A stretch of 64,000 nucleotides of DNA from NCBI RefSeq assembly GCF_035594765.1, contig NW_026943824.1:9061451-9125450 (forward strand), in the 5' to 3' direction. Source of the stretch: Anolis carolinensis (Eukaryota). The position numbers and the translations under genes are program-made. Below are positions 38,001 to 50,340 of this stretch, piece after piece; within the stretch, counting starts at the first letter, position 1, and each line of letters starts with the position of its first letter. The notes below the pieces were generated by a model. That model did not search any database, was not told where the DNA came from, and saw nothing but the letters and a program-made list of their open reading frames with translations.

Positions 38001-41000
38001 ACTCTTGCTGCAGATCTGCCTCCCGCTGAGTCTTCCTCAGTCCTGCCAAGTAAATGACACCTTCATTGTCGGAATCTTTTTCCAGCTCTTTCAGAAGCAT
38101 CTCACAATCCAAGGTGCTCTCTGTGATGGGTCTCTGAACCTGGAGGCATCAAGCAGAAACAGTCCACTTCCAGGCATCTACATACAGAGCAGCTTTCTCA
38201 GAGTCCATCCCATCAGAGGTTGAGAGGGAAGCTACAAGTTCCAACAGGACACTTGCAGATTGGAAAGCAGGACACGAAGTCCCTGGGAGGCACTGAAAAG
38301 AGGAGGATGTACAGGTTTACCTCCGTTCATGAAGCAGACATTACTTTTTAAATAGAAAATGAATACCAGAGGCAGAAATAGCATGGAAGGGGCATGAATA
38401 AGAAGAGAAAGTCAACATGTTTCAGTGAATGTCTTATTCAAAGTGAAGACAGGCACATGTGAAATGAAATACCCAGGTCAAGTAAGTGTTGGATATGTAA
38501 ACAACATTAATTTTTAAAATTCTAGAGTCTTACCTTGACTAGAGAGCCACCAATTTCTTCCCCATTTAGTCTCTCCACAGCAAGCTGAGCAGCTTCTTGG
38601 ACTTCATACTGGATACAGATATGTGGCTTTGGAAAAAAAAAAGGTTGCTTTGTTCAGGAAATTGTAGTCCCAAAAGTAACTTTTCTATGTTCTGGGGAAG
38701 GCAGCAATACAATGCTCTGAAGCTCAAAATGAAGGAAGAAAATAGAAAGATGCTGAGGGTCTTGCAGAGTTTACTTTTGTCCAGCTGTTTACCTCCGATG
38801 TGTCTGGAACGATCCTTATTGACTGAATGTGGCCGTACTTCTTAAAGATTTTCTTCAAAGGCTTCAGACATATGTCTTTACCAAATGGGCCTGCATAGAT
38901 TGTCAGCAGGTTGGCCAGCTTGGTCCGCATCTAAGGAAGGAAATACAGAGGGTGGAAGAGGGAAGCTTTTTGTTGTGGCTGCTTTTTAAAAACCAACCAA
39001 GCAACTCATCCCATTGGGCCCCAGAAATCCTTTCTGGCCTTCAGTGAATCACCTAGAGATCTACTTGGAGGTCCCAAACTATCTTCTATCCACCAGAAAT
39101 ATATGGTAGCATAGATGCTACCATATATTTCTCACATAATTGGAAGGGACTGTAAGGGTCATCTAGTCCAAACTCTGGCCATGCAAGATTACAGAAGTAT
39201 AGAATAAGCATTCCTAATTTGGAAATCTGAAATGGTTGCCATCATATGCTTTCACTTGGAGAGAGACATGAGGTGGGAGAGAGATGTGAGAATCTATGAA
39301 ACAGCAAGAAAATCCATAAAATGGCAGGAGTGATGGATACCCAAGATATTTCATTATGTATGTGCAAATATTCCAAATCTGAAAACAGATTTGAACAGAT
39401 GACCAAGCATGCAGAAGGAAAACATACAGTAGTAATGGGAGGTTTCAGCTATTCTGATATTTGTTGGAAACAAACTTTGCTAAGAATATAAAGTCCAACC
39501 AATTCCCCACTTGCCTTTTAGATCAATTTTAGATCTGACCCTGGCCAACACAGTTTACCTTTGAACTTACTTTTGCAACGAGGTCAGATGTATCCTGCCT
39601 TGAACCCAGACCAAACTGAATCACACTGAAGGAGGATGTGGGAACCTCTTCCAGGGCTCTCTGGAGAATCTAACAACATTAAACAAGAGACATCCAAGCT
39701 CAGGTATTGCTGTATCCTTCAACTGAACATCAGGATCCTTGGAAAACTAGAGTCAACATGGGGTTGTAAGGAGGCTTGGAACAACAACTAGGTCGAAATC
39801 CAGAAGCCAGTGATGCAGATACACTGGATTTTCTCCTTGACCTGGAAGATTTTTGAAGGCTTTGAGATCAGGAAGAAGCAATGGACAGCCAGGGAAGGAA
39901 GAGTCATTGTAGAGCTAAAGATAAGTTTTACTGTGCAAAGCCTTCACATACAGGCGTCTTTCTGGAAGATTTACTGATGGTTTGGTTCAGGACATGGGGC
40001 CAAATGTTGTCCACACCCATGGAGCACAGGTCGGGAACCACTGCCCTAGAGTTGCCCTCCCCTTCCAAATACCTCCAGGGAAACTGGCCTCTGGTCCCTG
40101 TGCAGCTCCTCACTCCCCGCCTGGATGGCTGTAGGGCAGTGGGAGGCAGCTTTGTGCCATCCTACTATTTGGGGCTGCAGCTCCCACCAGTACCATGAGG
40201 GTCAGGGGTTGACTCTCAGGGGCACTGCAAGTATTTACTTCCCTAAATGAGCTCTTTGTGATTTCTTTAAGTGCCAAGGCTGTGTGCCTCTCAGGTTCCT
40301 CAGGATAGGAAAATCATGAAGCCTTGGAGGGATGTATGAAACTCACTTGTTTATTTTGAGGCCCTGTTTGAGTCTGACCGTTGTTGGAAGCTGCTTCAGC
40401 CCATCCTCCAAGAAGCAATGTTTTCTGACCAACAGAATGCAAAATGTCAAGAAGGCTAGAAACAAAAAGGAAAGTGGAAGCACTTTGAAAAAGAACTAAA
40501 CCCAATGCTGTATTTAACACTGATTGTGTTGGCAAATACATTCTGTAGCTAGAAGATAGGTTTTTATATGGGACATCTTATTTGCAGAGCATTTTTCCAT
40601 AGACTCTGCCAGGATGTTTCAGAGCTTGGGGAGGTGTTATATAGAAAGACATTGCAGGAGGTTTGGATAATAAGCCTTTTGCCCACAAGAACTCAGAATT
40701 ACAAAGACTTTTTACCTTTGGGTGGGTTTCTGGGCCCCATTTTGGGGGTTTGGCAAGGCACAGCTCAGCTTCTCTCCTATCTTCCTTGTCTCAAGCAACT
40801 GGGCTTCCAGGTTCATCTCGGCTACCTGCCAGGAAATCAATAGATGTTACCAGAACATTCTTCTCTCTGCATTCAATCAAGTTGCAGAGTCAGCATTCTG
40901 CTGGGAAAATGCTCAGGTTCCCTACAATTAGTACACGGAGACATGCTGCCCCAAACATCGGGAGTTAGCACAGAGCCATCTTAAGTGGTTATTGCAGTGT

Positions 41001-44000
41001 TTGGAAATGTTACTACAATGTTTTGAGCTTAAAAAACCCCATAATTGTAATTGAAATGTAGTCCCGGAATTGTAAAAGCCCTGGTGGCAGAAATTTTCTT
41101 GAAAGTGTAGCCTAAAAAAACTATTTTCCAAGTTCTGCCATAATGATCATAACCCTCCCTATACTGAACTATTCTATTTTTCCTCTGTGTCTCCACCTTC
41201 AAACTCTCTCTGCCCTGCCTCCATTGGGCCAAACTTTAGATTGTGAGCGTCATGAGGTAGAAGCTTGATATCAACTTGTCCCTCTGCAAACCTTCACTGG
41301 CTCTGCATAAACAGATAGATAGGTAAGGAAAAGGCCTATTTACTTTACATGTAAGACACGTAAAAAAAAGCAATGTCACATGCCTTTCTGGGTCCCTGAT
41401 TAATGAAATACTGGGCCAATTCCAGCGCACACAGAGCATCTTCTGTTGGATCATGGCCTGTTCCATCCATGCGTTGAATGTCTTTCCTATAAAGGAGAGA
41501 AACAAAACACACAAAGGTCGGTCCTTGGTAGATGAACTTTGCAATATTTTTGTAGAATAGCATGGCGTGAAAAAAAATCCCCTGCCAATTGCAGGGATGA
41601 CTTCCTTCTGTATTTTCAGTATTATCCAGACACAGTTGTGGGGGTTGTCATGATCCTAGTTCAGTAAGCATAGGATTGCAGATGTAATCACTTGGGAAAA
41701 ACATTGCTCAGAAGAATTGCTTTCATGGCACGTTATTTCCAACTTCTTTTTATTTAAGTATTGATTTGGGTCACAAAATAATTTCAGAGAAAAAAACCAG
41801 TCTTACCCTAAAACAGCTTCTGCTAAGAATTTGAGCTTGAACTTTTTGTTCCGTTTCCTGGCAAAAAGAACAGAGGTGTCTATAACATTTGGATGCACCA
41901 TCTGGAAGAGGTGAAAAGGACATTAGGAAAAGGTTTTTTTAAAAGGTATTTACTTGCAGGCTGTGATTTTAAGGCTGTAAACTGGTTTAGTCTAAGGGTC
42001 TTTCTTGGTTCCTTTAGGAATGGTGGTTGCAAAGATAACTCTTTTAACACTGGAAGGATGGGAGTAACTTCACCTAATTCCTAAAAAGTATTCTTGGTAT
42101 TGGGTTGCTTTCTGGACTATATGGCCATGTTCCAGAGGCATTCTCTCCTGACACTTTGCCCACATCTATGGCAGGCATCCTCAGAGATTGTGAAGTCTGT
42201 TGGAAACTAGGCAAGTGGGATTTATATATCTGTGGAATGTCCAGGGTGGGAGAAAGAACTATTGTTTGTTTGAGGCAAGTGTGAATGCTGCAATTGATCA
42301 CCTTGATTAGCATTGAATAGCCTTGCAGCTTCAAAGCTTGGCTGCTTCCTGCCTGGGGGAAACCACTCTAACAACCACCATGTCAGACTATACAGAGAAG
42401 CCAATGAAATCCACAAGCATGTGGACAATTTCAACAGAAAAGAGGAAACCATGAAAATGAACAAAATCTGGCTACTGGTACTTAAAAAAACTGTAAAATC
42501 AGGACAGTAAATAAAGAACAACACTCAAAAACAGGGGAATTCCAGACAAGAAACAATCTGGGTCAGCCAACACCTCCCGACAAAGGATTACACTAGGCAG
42601 GAATCAGACAAGCTTTGAAGCTGAAAGGCTATTCAAGCTAATCAAGGTGATTAATTGCAACATTCACACTTGCCTCAAACAGACAAGAGTTCTATCTCCC
42701 ACCCTGGACATTCCACAGATATATAAATCCCACTTGACTAGTTTTTAACAGACCCCACAACCTCTGAGGATGGCTGTCATAGATGTGGGCAAAGCGTCAG
42801 GAGAGAATGCTTCTCGAACATGGCCACACAGCCGGGAAAACTCACAGCAACCCAGTGATTCCGGCCATGAAAGCCTTCGACAACATATTCTTGGTACATG
42901 TACAGCATCCAACCAGTCCAAATTATTTTGTCACAAGAAGGAGAAAATCCCACAATACCTCTTGGAGTAAAAATACAAATTAAATAACCATAAATTCACT
43001 ATTCTTTTGAGACACCTCAGGTTTGCTGCATGAGGAGTGACCCCATTTTGCCAGATGGGAAGGCCAACATTTGTAGATCAAAAAAGCAGGATACCAATAA
43101 TGAAAACAACAACAACAAGTGGAAACAATTAACAAGTGGTACCCAAGCCAAGCTCTAGTCATTCCATAATACTGCTTGAGTTTCATATACTTTTTTAAAA
43201 AACACTGCTGACTCTTAGTTTTGTTACGTGATGCTTCTAGTAATCCTTTATTGATTTATGGTTTGCATTTTATATTTTAAATGCTTTGCCCTCTGCCCAG
43301 ATTTATTTGCTGCCCGGTAGTTTAAAAGTACAACCAATCAATAAACCTGACCTGCTGCCAACAAGGCAGGAAATGGAGAGCAAGAGAGCCCCTCTCTGAA
43401 GCCACAGCCCCACATTTCTATTTTGCTCCCGCTATCCTTTGGGTGAGAGGCTCAGTCCCTTGAGACAGAAGCGCCACTAAATGGATCAACTCACTTCTAG
43501 GGCTCGGAGGTCAAAATTCAAGGAGTGGCCCACTAAAACCGCATCAGCAGGGAGCAGATTCTTTAATTGGTTCTGGATGTCAGAGAGGGTCGTCACGACT
43601 GGGAGAAGCAGCTTCTCGGTGATGCCAGAGTAGCTTCAAAACAGAACAGATCATTCAGGGATTTCAGAAATCAAGTATTTTAAAGACTGGGTAATGCTAG
43701 CGAAGTCAGAACTGGCAGGAAGCAGACAGGCTTTGAATCTGCAAGGCCATTAAATGCTAATCAAGGTGATCAATTGTAACATTCACACTTGCCTCAAACA
43801 GACAAGAGTTCTTTCTCCCAACCTGGGATTTCCACAGATATATAAACACCACTTGACTAGTTTCCAACAGACCTCACAATTTCCGAGGATGCTTGCCCTA
43901 GATGTGGGCAAAGCGTCAGGAGAGAATGCTTCTGGAACATGGCCATACAGCCCAGGAAGCTCAGAGCAACCCAGTGATTCCGGCCATGAAAGCCTCCGAT

Positions 44001-47000
44001 AACACATTTTGAGTATAGCATAAGACTTGCTATTTGTATAAAGTTTAAAGCCAGCAGGGAGTTTAAAACCCACTCACCCCTGTGTTATATGTTGATGGGC
44101 TCTAAGAACAGGAGAGCACATTTTGAGGGTATAAGCGCTCTTGAAACTCTTCTGAACTCAGGCATTGTCTGAGTGCTTTTTTTCAAAGAACACGTGTAGA
44201 AGTAAAATACCTGGTGAGATAATTTATTATTGGTAATTTGGGTTTGACGAGTTCATCCAAAATGCACTGGCCACTGGCATCCACCACTGAGATTCGCGTG
44301 AGTTCGGACCCCTTTTCAGTGAGACACTGAGGATGAAATGGTAGAAACAGAGAAAGGTTCAAGTGAGGAAATATCAAGCCGGGCATTTTTCACCAACCTC
44401 TCACCTGCAGCATCCAAGTATCTCATCCTATATGGTAGCAACAAATCTATATACATTGATCATGTGCACAGGGCTTGTTTTTATTCATCATTTATAGCAT
44501 TTATAGCCAACTTTACAACTTGTAAGGCTCACAAAATGCCTTCTATTTTTTGAAAACATAGAGGATAAGACAAGCCCTGCTCCCATGCTTGCAATCTACA
44601 CAAACCAAGGTGTGGCAAGCCTAAGAGAGAGGAGAGGAGAGATGGGAAATAAATAAAATAATAATGATGATGTAGAAAGTAATGTGAAAGCTTTTGTGTG
44701 ACATCCCCCTTTTTAACGTACCATTTCGCAGTCCAGTCCGAAGAGGGGGCTGCTGTCTGTTACAGGACCCTTGCAGGGAGTGCGAACGAAACAGACACAG
44801 TCATCGTGCCCTGGAAGAGAAAAGAAAACATAGCGCGAGAGCCATTGTGGCTGAAGGGCTCAGAAACTCATTCCCTTGCCTGCAACATCCCACGGTTTAC
44901 CAATCATCCTGAGCACTCTTTTTTCTACCCTAATTCAGAAAACACAGCATTTCATGCTCAAAACAAGAGTGTGAACTCTGGGCTAGAGCTGAGCTTTTCA
45001 TTTCTTTGTTTCAACAGAGCTGTTACAGCCATTTTGTTAAAACTATTATCTATTATAAATAATACAGCAATGTGTCTTTCACCTCGGCAATGGAACCAAC
45101 TGTCCATATAGATGATGGGATTTCCTTTCTCAGAATGTCTTCAAAATGTGTCTGGAGAGCTACCTGCTGGGGATGTTTAGTTGTAGAGACTACAGTGAGC
45201 AGGGAGTTGGACTTTGTCACTCCTGAGACCCCTTCAAACTATGATTGTATGATTCTGTAGTTTGTATTAAGCCTCGCTCTTAGCCTACTCTGATACAGAT
45301 AATCAGAAAAGTCATATACTGCCCTTTGTACCCTTTGCAGCCTTTCCATTCACAAATCATGAGGATTTGCAGATTAATCTTCACCAACTATAAGGAAATC
45401 TACCTTCTATGGGGTAATTATGAAGACGCATCTCCTTCGGTGTTAAAATGTAATTGGAGAGCCCACGGCATTCATTTCCATATTTCTGAATCACAGGATC
45501 TTTCTCCAACTCTGAAATCCAAAAAGGAATTATTGTGAACATTTCTACTATATGTTGTTGAAGATTTTCATGGCTGGAATCACTGGGTTGCTGTGAGTTT
45601 TCCGGGCTGTATGGACATGTTCCAGAAGCATTCTCTCCTGGCATTTCGCCCACGTCATGGCAAGCATCCTCAGAGGTTGTGAAGGCGTCCAGAGAGAATG
45701 CTTTTGGAACATGGCCATACAGCCCGGAAAACTCGCAGCAACCCATTTCCACTATAGTTTTCTCCCAGAATCTTTTCTACCCATCATGGAAGAACTGAGA
45801 AGGATAAATGGAGAATAAAGGCAGGAAAACAATAGTTTGGAATACTTTCTTTTCACTACAGCTCTCCAAATTCCTCAGAGGACATAGCTACACTGAAAGG
45901 GGATTTGGAAATGGGAAAAAAGGAACTGTTAAATAAAAAGGAATGACTTCTTGATTCTTAGGGAAGCCTGTTATATATCTTCAGGAACACAAATGAAAAA
46001 GTCCTGCTTTTATTAGCAGATACTAATATGATATTATAATATGTTTTCAGGCATTCAAGGGTGCATAAATTATATTTAAAAACACACAATAAATATAATA
46101 TTAATATTACCTAGGCTGCTGATTTGCCGATGGTTCTTTATACCTGCTCCACAAAGTCTTTCCATAAAATCACCTGATGCAGGTGGTAGCGAAAAATGCT
46201 ATTAAAAGACACAGGACGCGTGTGTGACAGTTGAAGAAATATGGCAATACATATAATTAAAAATACAAAATAATCTTATGTGCAGACCCAACTAGAGCAA
46301 TTATACTGAATCTTTGGGGTTTACATAAGGACTGGGCTACCAACTGATTTATTCAACCTTGGCTGGGTCTACAAATAGAACTCAGCCTAGAATATTTATA
46401 TTATCCTTGAAATATATGGCAGGTTAGGCTATACAGGGAAAGTGTAGAAAAACAAAGTCTTTGGCACACATCTAAAATTACCACATGCCCAATTTCAGGT
46501 GGAAAAGAATTCTGCACAGTAGGAGCCACAATATCCTGCTCCGAATAACTATGTTGCGGAATTTCCAGAGCAGGGCTTTTCCAGATGACTTTGAGGGTTG
46601 AAAGTATCTATAAGGTAGTCTCTCATGTGGATGTAGCCTCCCACAACTCAACAAGAAGTGCAATGACACCACTACATTCATTAGCATTACATATGGATGG
46701 AGGGATCTCCCTCCTACCAGTATTACTAATTCAGATCAGATCACAGAAAGAAACTTACATGTCTGAACATCCTCCTCAGAAACTTGAACTGTAAGTAGAA
46801 CAGATAGAAATGGAGCTGACTCACTTCGCGTAAAACCACGACTGACACACCAGACAGACGCCTGCGATGATGAATTCGGCACCAACTGCACCACAGATTG
46901 AAAGAAAACATATTTATTTAACAAAAGTACAATGCCCGGGACCAGAAATATTTTAAGATTTTGGATATACATATATATAATGAGGTATCTTGGAGATGGA

Positions 47001-47832
47001 CTCAAATCTAAATTTGAAATTCATTTATGTTGCACATACTCCTCGTACACACAATTTTAAAAATATATTTTGCACAAAGCAAAGTTTATACAAACTATCA
47101 GAAATAACAGAAGTCACTATCTTGGCCATCCATGTGGATAATCTTTATTTTTGGACTTTTTTTAAGAAGCCTTACATGACAAAAACAGAGGGTCTACCTG
47201 GACTGTGTTGCTCCGTGTTGTTTTCCTAACGCAGCATATTTGAGGAATTCATACAGTTGGTCATAGCTGATTTTGCACTCTCCCCCAAACAATGCATCAG
47301 ACAAATGAGGTTTCTTTGCCTGAGAAATAAGACACAACAAGCTCAGAGTTGTTTACACAGATTGTTTTAAAAATTGGAGCCATTGTAGCAAGTAATGAAA
47401 TCCAGAAAGGGACAAGACACAAAGGCACCATGAGCAATGGAAAGAAAGAGAGACAGACAGGCAGCAAATGTGCCAGATTTTAGTTATACATAAGTTAACA
47501 CTACTTGGAATCCTTTGCAGAGAAGGTTAAAGACTTTGTAAAATAACAACTCCCATGATTCAACTGCACTGAGTCATGGCAAAACTGGATTAATGCTGTA
47601 GTGTGAATACAAAGGATGCAACACTGCAGGAAACATGGAAAAAATAATCCTTCAAAGGATCAAAATCTATGATGTGGAAAGTATACATAGTCACTTTGCT
47701 CAGGGTTATAGCTTTCACCTCTTTCTCATTCTCAGCAAACTTCCTCTTCCTTTTAATCTTCTGGGGCTCTTCTTCATTCTCATTATCTTCACACTGTCTT
47801 TTGCTTTTAACTACTTGAGTTTCTGGAGCCAT
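35064..47832 (-). CDS. REXO5: RNA exonuclease 5 (DEDDh domain plus 2 RRMs), complement(join(35064..35145,36729..36838,37506..37714,37920..38139,38534..38626,38793..38930,39571..39669,40347..40455,40716..40825,41384..41486,41807..41901,43495..43633,44211..44326,44722..44810,45404..45511,46111..46198,46759..46885,47198..47319,47695..47832)), about 764 aa
   Basis: 19 coding exons join in frame (2295 nt). Exo motifs SPLFGLDCEM, VLVGHSLNFDLRAL and GHDPTEDA; RRM segments TIYAGPF and VIYLAGL...NYCFLKFK; C-terminus PGFALLGIKEE. Matches human REXO5 as recalled. One donor is GC (41383). Confidence 0.92.
42100..42885. mobile_element. Penelope-like retroelement 3' fragment with inverted pLTR
   Basis: + strand encodes the ORF end HSNNHHVRLYREANEIHKHVDNFNRKEETMKMNKIW (GIY-YIG C-terminal region); inverted terminal copy; 11-bp TSD tattcttggta at 42089-42099 and 42886-42896. 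Confidence 0.85.
43714..44006 (+). mobile_element. Penelope-like 3' UTR/pLTR fragment
   Basis: High similarity to 42600-42885. Confidence 0.85.
45553..45744. mobile_element. Inverted Penelope-like pLTR pair
   Basis: Inverted pLTR halves; TSD atttctactata / atttccactata. Confidence 0.8.
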
Positions 47833-47949
47833 TATGTTTGTAAATATTGTTTAAAGTGGGTCAACTGGTAAAGAAAATAAAAGGAAAGGAAAGGTCAGAA
47901 AAGAAAAGAAAATCATATAAACAAACAATATTTCTGCTCCATAATAGTT

Positions 47950-48284
47950 GGGGTGCATCTAGTTCAGTGGTCCTCAACCTGTGGGCCCCCAGATGTTTTG
48001 GCCTTCAACTCCCAGAAATCCTAACAGCTGGTAAACTGGCTGGGATTTCTGGGAGTTGTAGGACAATACATCTGGGGACCCACAGGTTGAGAACCACTGA
48101 CCTATACGATAGAATGAATAGTTTGACACCATTTTAAATGCTATGGCTCGGTGGAATCTTGGGAGTTGTAGTTTGACAAGTTCTGTAACCTCACCAAATT
48201 TCAGCTTTCAGGATCCAATAGCATTGAGCCAGGGCAGTTAAAATGGTGTCAAATCGCATTAATTCTGTAGTGTAGATGCACCCC
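47950..48284. mobile_element. Palindromic MITE (ggggtgcatct...agatgcacccc) containing a nested hAT-Charlie-like MITE at 47965-48099
   Basis: Outer TIRs; inner TIRs cagtggtcctcaacctgtgg / ccacaggttgagaaccactg. Confidence 0.7.
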
Positions 48285-49115
48285 TTAGCATCCTGATCAG
48301 CGTGTTCAGTCTGACTTAGGATGTTTTGTTTATTTGTAATAGCTTCAATGTTTCATTCTATATTAATATTAGCATGTATTTTTAGGTTTTACACTCTGTA
48401 TTGTATTGTTAGTGTTCACTGCTTTAGATCTCTTTTTAGTGAGTTATAGTGGGATAGAAATAATAATAATACTTAAATGTTAGAAAAGCTTTAAAGACAT
48501 GGCTGTGTGCCCAAGCACTTAACGAATAAACATCTAAGTCGATTGGGCAGTGAATTTTGCCAATTTTTGTGAGCCGCCCTGAGTCCCCTTGGGGTGAGAA
48601 GGTGAAAAGGGCAGGGTATAAATGCTGTAAATAAATAAGTAAACATTAGTTTGAATAATAATAATAAAGATATTTAGGATTGTCCCATTAAAGCAACATA
48701 CGGCAGATACCAACTCTCCTAGGCTTCAGGAAAGCCTTAAAGACATGGTTGTGCACACAAGATTTTAATGAATGAGAACATGGACTTTACATGACCTGTA
48801 CCAAGACTTATGTTGAGGATTCTGGATGAATGGATTTTAATCTAAAAGTTTATATAATGTGATTTTATTTCATAATGGTATCTGCTTTTATATGAATTGT
48901 TGTTTTGTACACTGTTTTTAGGCAATGAATTTTTGCACATTCATTGTAAGCCGCCTTGAGTCCCCCCCCCCCCCCCCCCCGGAAGAAAGGCAGGGTAAAA
49001 ATGATGTAAATAAATAAATAAGGGTTATTTTTCATTGTAATTTTCCAAAGCATGCTAGTCTCCCAAGGCTGGCTATATATACATATATATAAATGTAATA
49101 GTACTAATCTTCTAT

Positions 49116-49439
49116 GGTAAAAGGTTTTCCCCTGACATTAAGTCTAGTTGTGACCGACTCTGGGGGTTGGTGCTCATCTCCATTTCTAAGCCGAAGAGCC
49201 GGCGTTGCCCGTAGACACCTCCAAGGTCATGTGGCCATTGGCATGACTGCATGGAGCGACGTTACCTTCCCGCCGGAGCGGTACCTATTGATCTACTCAT
49301 ATTGGCATGTTTTTGAACTGCTAGGTTGGCAGGAGCTGGGGCTGACAGCGGGCGCTCATTCCGCTCCCGGGATCTGAACCTGAGACCTTTCGGTCTGCAA
49401 GTTCAGCAGCTCAGCGTTTTAACACACTGCGCCACCACC
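49116..49439 (-). mobile_element. Sauria SINE, near full length
   Basis: Sauria SINE consensus as recalled; 13-bp TSD actaatcttctat at 49103-49115 and 49440-49452. Confidence 0.9.
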
Positions 49440-49680
49440 ACTAATCTTCTATACACATAATAAAAGTGAAAATATGTGTGTGTGTGGCCCAACATTAACA
49501 AACATGAAGTACTGATAGTGTTTCTCGGGGTTAACCTGGCATGATGGGAGTTGTAGTTCACCTACAACCTTGTGAATTTGTACAAAGTTTCAATCCCTCT
49601 CTTCCTCTGAAGACTGGGAAAAGAGAAGACACGTGTGAACGGGTTTACACGTGTACGGGTCCCCCTCCCACCCCCTTGAA

Positions 49681-49862
49681 CACGCATGGGCAAAGTTGGG
49701 CTCTCCCTCCAGGTGTTTTGGACTGCAACTCCCACCATTCCTAACCGCCTCAGGCCCCTTCGCTTAAGCGGCTGAGGGGGAAAAGGAAAGGGCCTGAGGC
49801 GGTTAGGAATGGTGGGAGTTGCAATCCAAAACACCCGGAGGGCCCAACTTTGCCCATGCCTG
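49681..49862. mobile_element. Palindromic hAT MITE, same family as 8760-8935
   Basis: Shared core cgcttaagcggctgagggggaaaaggaaagggcctgaggc and inverted arms. Confidence 0.8.
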
Positions 49863-49899
49863 CCCTGAAGGAAACCTTTCCGAGCTTGTCTGCCCCGAA

Positions 49900-50340
49900 A
49901 CACAGAAAAAGCCCCCTCGAAATAACACACCGGTCTCGGGCCTCACCTCCTCCCGCTTGCTGCTTCCTTCCCTCAAGAAGAGCCTCATCGAAAAGGCACC
50001 TTGTTCGGCAATCGACGCGTTGAGCCTGAGAGAAGCGATTGAGGCAAGGCTTCGGAGAAAGAGGGAGAGAAAGGGGCGTGTCCTAAAGAGCAAAGTGTGG
50101 ATGACAGACCTCGGTAGCCGAGCTGCCGATGACATCGATAAAGGGGGCGTGGCTGGCCGCTTGCAAGCCTCTCCAGAGTAACAGAAGTTGTTGCGGAGTC
50201 ACGTGGGCTCTGACGTCACCCTATGGAGGTGTGGCGGGCCGTTTGAAAGCCTCTTCGGAGAACCAAGCGAGGGGTAGAAGTTACGGTGGAGTCACGTGGG
50301 CCGAATGGGCCATTGCTATGGCGACGAAGGAGTTGGCCAG
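49900..50340. promoter_or_regulatory. Bidirectional CpG promoter of REXO5(-) and ERI2(+)
   Basis: Minus-strand donor GAG|gtgagg at 49947 (candidate REXO5 non-coding exon 1). GC box 50144-50153, E-boxes gtcacgtg at 50198 and 50291, CRE tgacgtca at 50211, CDE/CHR at 50233-50247, ERI2 ATG at 50318. Confidence 0.8.

Noticed and set aside
45512-45752. Penelope-derived N-terminal extension in frame with a REXO5 exon (ORF 45381-45752)
   Set aside because: A good acceptor at 45511 gives the correct phase; the upstream frame is a chance open frame through the repeat
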